A DNA stretch of 27,607 nucleotides, taken from the IMG/VR virus record IMGVR_UViG_3300030029_000205. One strand, written 5' to 3'. The stretch's first letter is position 1. Each line of letters begins with the position of its first letter. The position numbers and the translations under genes were made by a program. Positions 24,474 through 27,607 of the stretch are shown here, piece by piece. Below the pieces are notes generated by a model. It searched no databases and was not told the origin of the DNA. It saw nothing but the letters and a program-made list of their open reading frames with translations. Source of the stretch: a virus (taxonomy: Duplodnaviria; Heunggongvirae; Uroviricota; Caudoviricetes).

Positions 24474-26723
24474 ATGGATTATGATAATAACAGAGCTGAA
24501 AGAGACTTTAATATGAATCCGCCCACTAATGCACCAGGTCAAGGTGATGATGGGTGGGGTGATTTATTCAATAATTCATCCACTTCTATTAATCAAGACC
24601 CAATGAGTTCAGCTAACAATGCCAATATGGGTATGAATGGTTTAGGTGGAGATATAAATAGTATCTTAAATGGGCAGCAGGGTATGCCAGGAATGGCAGG
24701 AGGTCAAGGAGTCTATCCTCAAGAACCTCAAAGAACTTTAGGCGATAAGGCAAGTGATTTAGCATCCTTAGCTGTGGAAAAAAGTGCTAAAGGGGTAATA
24801 GCTTATTTTAAGATGCTTATCAAGTCATTAACAAATAATACTGAGTCCGAGTGGCATATTCTTGGTGAGAGAATATGTGTTGTGAGTATGATACTTGGAG
24901 GATTAGGGTTAATTTTTTGGTTAGGTAGTTTGTTTAATCCCAGGTTAGGATTTGGAGCATGTATAGCTTTTGGAAGTGCTTTTTCTGGAATGGGTGGTAT
25001 TTTTCTTGTTTTAAAAAACAGAAAGGATTCCCCTACTTCAGAAGAAGTACCAAGTAATGAAGATATGCAAAGTTCTTCAGATGTAGACGATACTTTTTTC
25101 GATGATTCTGATGATTATGAGGAGAGTTCTTATGGTGATGAGGAAAATTATGATGACTGGGGTTCGTTTGATGATACAGATTATAGTTCTGTAGATGACA
25201 GTTTTTTTGCAAGTAATGATAATTTTGATGCTCAGGAAGCTGTAAATACTTTAGCTGAAATACCAGCAGGTCAGTATACAAGACAGTATTTATTTGAAAC
25301 TTTTGAAAAGGTTTTACCCTCAGTAAATCCATCTTTTATGGATATGGAAGATGTATTAGATGGCTCAGATGAGTTTATGATGTTTGAAGACTTTATGCGT
25401 AGGTCTGCGGACCAGACGGGTATTAAGGAAGATAAGTTAGATGAACTTCAGTTATTAGAGGTTCGTAAGAATTTATTTATTATTCAGTTAATTGCAACAA
25501 GACCTACGGGATTAAAAGAAAAAGATATTGCTGATGGTATTGCTGATTGTTACAAGAGAGATGATTATGGAACAATGATAGATGGCAGAGAAGGAGTATT
25601 TGCCAGAGTAAATTCTCAAGTAGGAAGATTAATTATAGATATTTTCCTTTGTAACAATGTAATGATATCTTTAGGGGATATTTATCGTAAAAAGTCAGAT
25701 TTCTTGCTTGATACTAAGAATACTATGCCTTTAATTTGGGGTGTAAATGAATTAGGTCAGGTTTATTGCTATGACGGTATGAAAGATGGTAATGGTGGTA
25801 TAATCATAAGTGGTGAAGCAAGAAGTGGTAAGTCTTGGAAAGGTCAATCGCTTATTGCTCAGATGTGTATGTTCCGTTCTCCTAAAGAATTGGAACTGTA
25901 TTTTTATGATGTAAAGGGTAGTGCATCAGATTATGCATATCTTAGTAAGGCTTTACCTCATTGTAAAGGTTTTTGTGGTGAATCTTTAAAATTTAACGAT
26001 AGTATAGGTAATCTTTTGGAAAAAGAGAGAAAAAGGAGAACAGCTTTATTAGGTGGTAAATATACTAATGTTAAAGATTACAATAGAGACCACCCATATG
26101 AACAAATACCTACTATTTATATAGTTATAGACGAGATGGCAACAGCTATGAGTGAGATGAAAGATAAGGATATTGAGATTAGAAAGAAGTTTGATTCTTT
26201 GTTAATCCAGATTGCTACTAAATATCCTTATTTGGAAATTAAACTTATGTTATTTCCTCATAGAATTGTTAATGATATTATTAACAAGACAGTATCTTCT
26301 ATGATTTCTACAAGGTCTGTTATGGGTAATGTTCCTGAAGATGAACTTAAAACTGCTCTTGATATTAAGAAAGGTTTTCCATATTCATTAGTTAAGACTG
26401 GTGATATGGCTATTAAGACAAAATCATTAAACAATGGTAATGCTGTTTATAGCCATTCAGAAGTTCTTTCTACAGATGAACAGATTAATAGAAAGATTTT
26501 TGATTATATTGGTGCTGTTTGGAATAAGTTAGAACCTGATTGTAAAAATAATGAAATTTTTAAACAGGAGAGTAAGCCTGTACCAGATAATACGGTATCA
26601 TCAGAAGATTATACTTATTCAAATAGTAAAGATTACACCTCAGCATCTGACATAGATGAATCCTTTTGGGAAGATGAATTAGGTAATACAGAAGAGGATG
26701 ATTTTTGGAATAGTTGGAAGTAG
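24474..26723 (+). CDS. FtsK/SpoIIIE-family membrane ATPase (TcpA-like coupling protein or DNA translocase)
   Basis: SD GAGGAGG, two TM helices and an acidic linker. Motifs PLIWG, IIISGEARSGKS (Walker A), SPKELELYFYDVKG, ERKRR, NVKDYN and PTIYIVIDEM (Walker B). No recognisable FtsK gamma domain. Confidence 0.8.
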   Translation: MDYDNNRAERDFNMNPPTNAPGQGDDGWGDLFNNSSTSINQDPMSSANNANMGMNGLGGDINSILNGQQGMPGMAGGQGVYPQEPQRTLGDKASDLASLAVEKSAKGVIAYFKMLIKSLTNNTESEWHILGERICVVSMILGGLGLIFWLGSLFNPRLGFGACIAFGSAFSGMGGIFLVLKNRKDSPTSEEVPSNEDMQSSSDVDDTFFDDSDDYEESSYGDEENYDDWGSFDDTDYSSVDDSFFASNDNFDAQEAVNTLAEIPAGQYTRQYLFETFEKVLPSVNPSFMDMEDVLDGSDEFMMFEDFMRRSADQTGIKEDKLDELQLLEVRKNLFIIQLIATRPTGLKEKDIADGIADCYKRDDYGTMIDGREGVFARVNSQVGRLIIDIFLCNNVMISLGDIYRKKSDFLLDTKNTMPLIWGVNELGQVYCYDGMKDGNGGIIISGEARSGKSWKGQSLIAQMCMFRSPKELELYFYDVKGSASDYAYLSKALPHCKGFCGESLKFNDSIGNLLEKERKRRTALLGGKYTNVKDYNRDHPYEQIPTIYIVIDEMATAMSEMKDKDIEIRKKFDSLLIQIATKYPYLEIKLMLFPHRIVNDIINKTVSSMISTRSVMGNVPEDELKTALDIKKGFPYSLVKTGDMAIKTKSLNNGNAVYSHSEVLSTDEQINRKIFDYIGAVWNKLEPDCKNNEIFKQESKPVPDNTVSSEDYTYSNSKDYTSASDIDESFWEDELGNTEEDDFWNSWK

Positions 26724-26748
26724 TTATTTTGGAAAGGGTTGTATATAG

Positions 26749-27607
26749 ATGGCTGAGTATATAAAGGTACAGGGTGTCAAGGACAATATATGTAACTGTA
26801 TAGATTTTTACCAAGGTTTAACCAAAGTAGGTTTGGTCGGGGTAAAAGAGTTAAGAAAATCATATTTGGATATGTATCTTGCAGATTATATTCAACGATG
26901 TGACGAAACCTTAAAAAAGCGTACAAAGAAAAAAGAAGAAAAAAAGGTAGCGGATGCTCCAGCGGTAAATACATCTATAAAAAATACTTTTGGGGAAGAA
27001 GAAAGTGGTATTGATTTATTTAGGAATATGTTAAGTACTCCAGAGGAAGTGACATATGAAAACCACGGGGTATTTATTGATGAAAATACAGTTTCTGAAA
27101 AAGAAGAAAGTATCCCAGTAAAGAGTGAAGTTGAGTATTCAAGTCACGGGGTATTTTTGGAGGAAGTAGATGTACCTACTGAAACTGTAGAAGCACCAAC
27201 TGTTGAGGTTACTGATATTGAATATGAAGACCACGGTATCTATGTTGAAGATATAGTTACAGATAATTTAGAGTCTGAAGATGAATATGAAGAAGATGAA
27301 GATGACTATTCAAAAGATGACTCTGGAGATGAAGAAGATGAAGATGGTTATGAATATGAAGATTACGATGAAACTGATGATTCAGCTGATTATGTAGAAG
27401 AGGAAAAAGAGGAAGATGTTACGGAGGAAGATGATGAGGAGTATGTAAGTTCTAAATCTTTAAGAGAGAAAAAGGTAATTGATGATTTTGATGATTTTGA
27501 ATTTTTAGACTATAAAGAAGATACTTTTACAAAAGATGAAGTAGTTAAAGAATCTATGCCAGTAAGCCCAATAGAAAAGGTAAAACCAGAGGCAGAAAAA
27601 CCTGAAA
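26749..27607 (+). CDS. Acidic hypothetical protein with repeated Y-x-x-H-G-[VI]-[FY] motif; partial, runs off the window, not in the ORF track
   Basis: ATG 26749 after GGAAAGGG, open through to 27607. Translation begins MAEYIKVQGVKDNICNCIDFYQGLTKVGLV and later becomes E/D-rich. Confidence 0.75.
   Translation, partial: MAEYIKVQGVKDNICNCIDFYQGLTKVGLVGVKELRKSYLDMYLADYIQRCDETLKKRTKKKEEKKVADAPAVNTSIKNTFGEEESGIDLFRNMLSTPEEVTYENHGVFIDENTVSEKEESIPVKSEVEYSSHGVFLEEVDVPTETVEAPTVEVTDIEYEDHGIYVEDIVTDNLESEDEYEEDEDDYSKDDSGDEEDEDGYEYEDYDETDDSADYVEEEKEEDVTEEDDEEYVSSKSLREKKVIDDFDDFEFLDYKEDTFTKDEVVKESMPVSPIEKVKPEAEKPE

Larger units (their letters stand above)
6806..26723 (+). mobile_element. Putative divergent conjugation/T4SS-like gene cluster of a large mobile element
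   Basis: Co-oriented VirB4-like and FtsK-like ATPases, a large polytopic protein, several small membrane proteins and an exported peptidase. No element boundaries or relaxase are visible. Confidence 0.55.

Noticed and set aside
24474..26723. Type VII secretion (EssC/EccC) interpretation
   Set aside because: Only one ATPase domain, no FHA domains and no WXG100 protein were recognised, and a VirB4-like gene is adjacent.
64..26974. All other short minus-strand ORFs and the alternative-frame ORFs at 5235, 5254 and 19080
   Set aside because: They lie within or across longer + strand genes with good SD sites, lack motifs, and two of them run through a terminator hairpin.

Overview
AT-rich window with about 22 densely packed genes, all on the + strand, with Firmicute-style Shine-Dalgarno sites (AGGAGG/GGAGG), sigma70-like promoters and intrinsic terminators. 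The left part (1-6801) holds unknown proteins (one possibly with WYL_2/SH3-like repeats, one with an acidic Tyr-spaced tandem repeat), a stand-alone Lys/Ala/Thr-rich gene with its own promoter and terminator, and a DnaX-like clamp-loader ATPase. From 6806 to 26723 lies what looks like a very divergent Gram-positive-type conjugation/type IV secretion-like locus. It includes three paralogous signal-peptide plus hydrophobic-hairpin proteins (pilin/VirB2-like), a tandem HU-like protein, a YdjM-family membrane hydrolase, a 1744-aa polytopic protein (extended VirB6-like), a membrane-anchored C39-like peptidase, a two-TM VirB3/PrgI-like protein, a receiver-like plus degenerate MinD/ParA protein, a second receiver-like protein, a VirB4-like ATPase, an NTF2/VirB8-like bitopic protein, a 55-aa membrane peptide and an FtsK/SpoIIIE (TcpA-like) ATPase. 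A final acidic ORF runs off the end and shares a motif with the acidic protein at 1401. No relaxase, integrase, phage structural gene, RNA gene or CRISPR was recognised. The most likely source is a large extrachromosomal element (megaplasmid, giant ICE or phage-plasmid) of a low-GC Bacillota host; that assignment is inference. All family calls come from motif recognition by eye, not from database searches.
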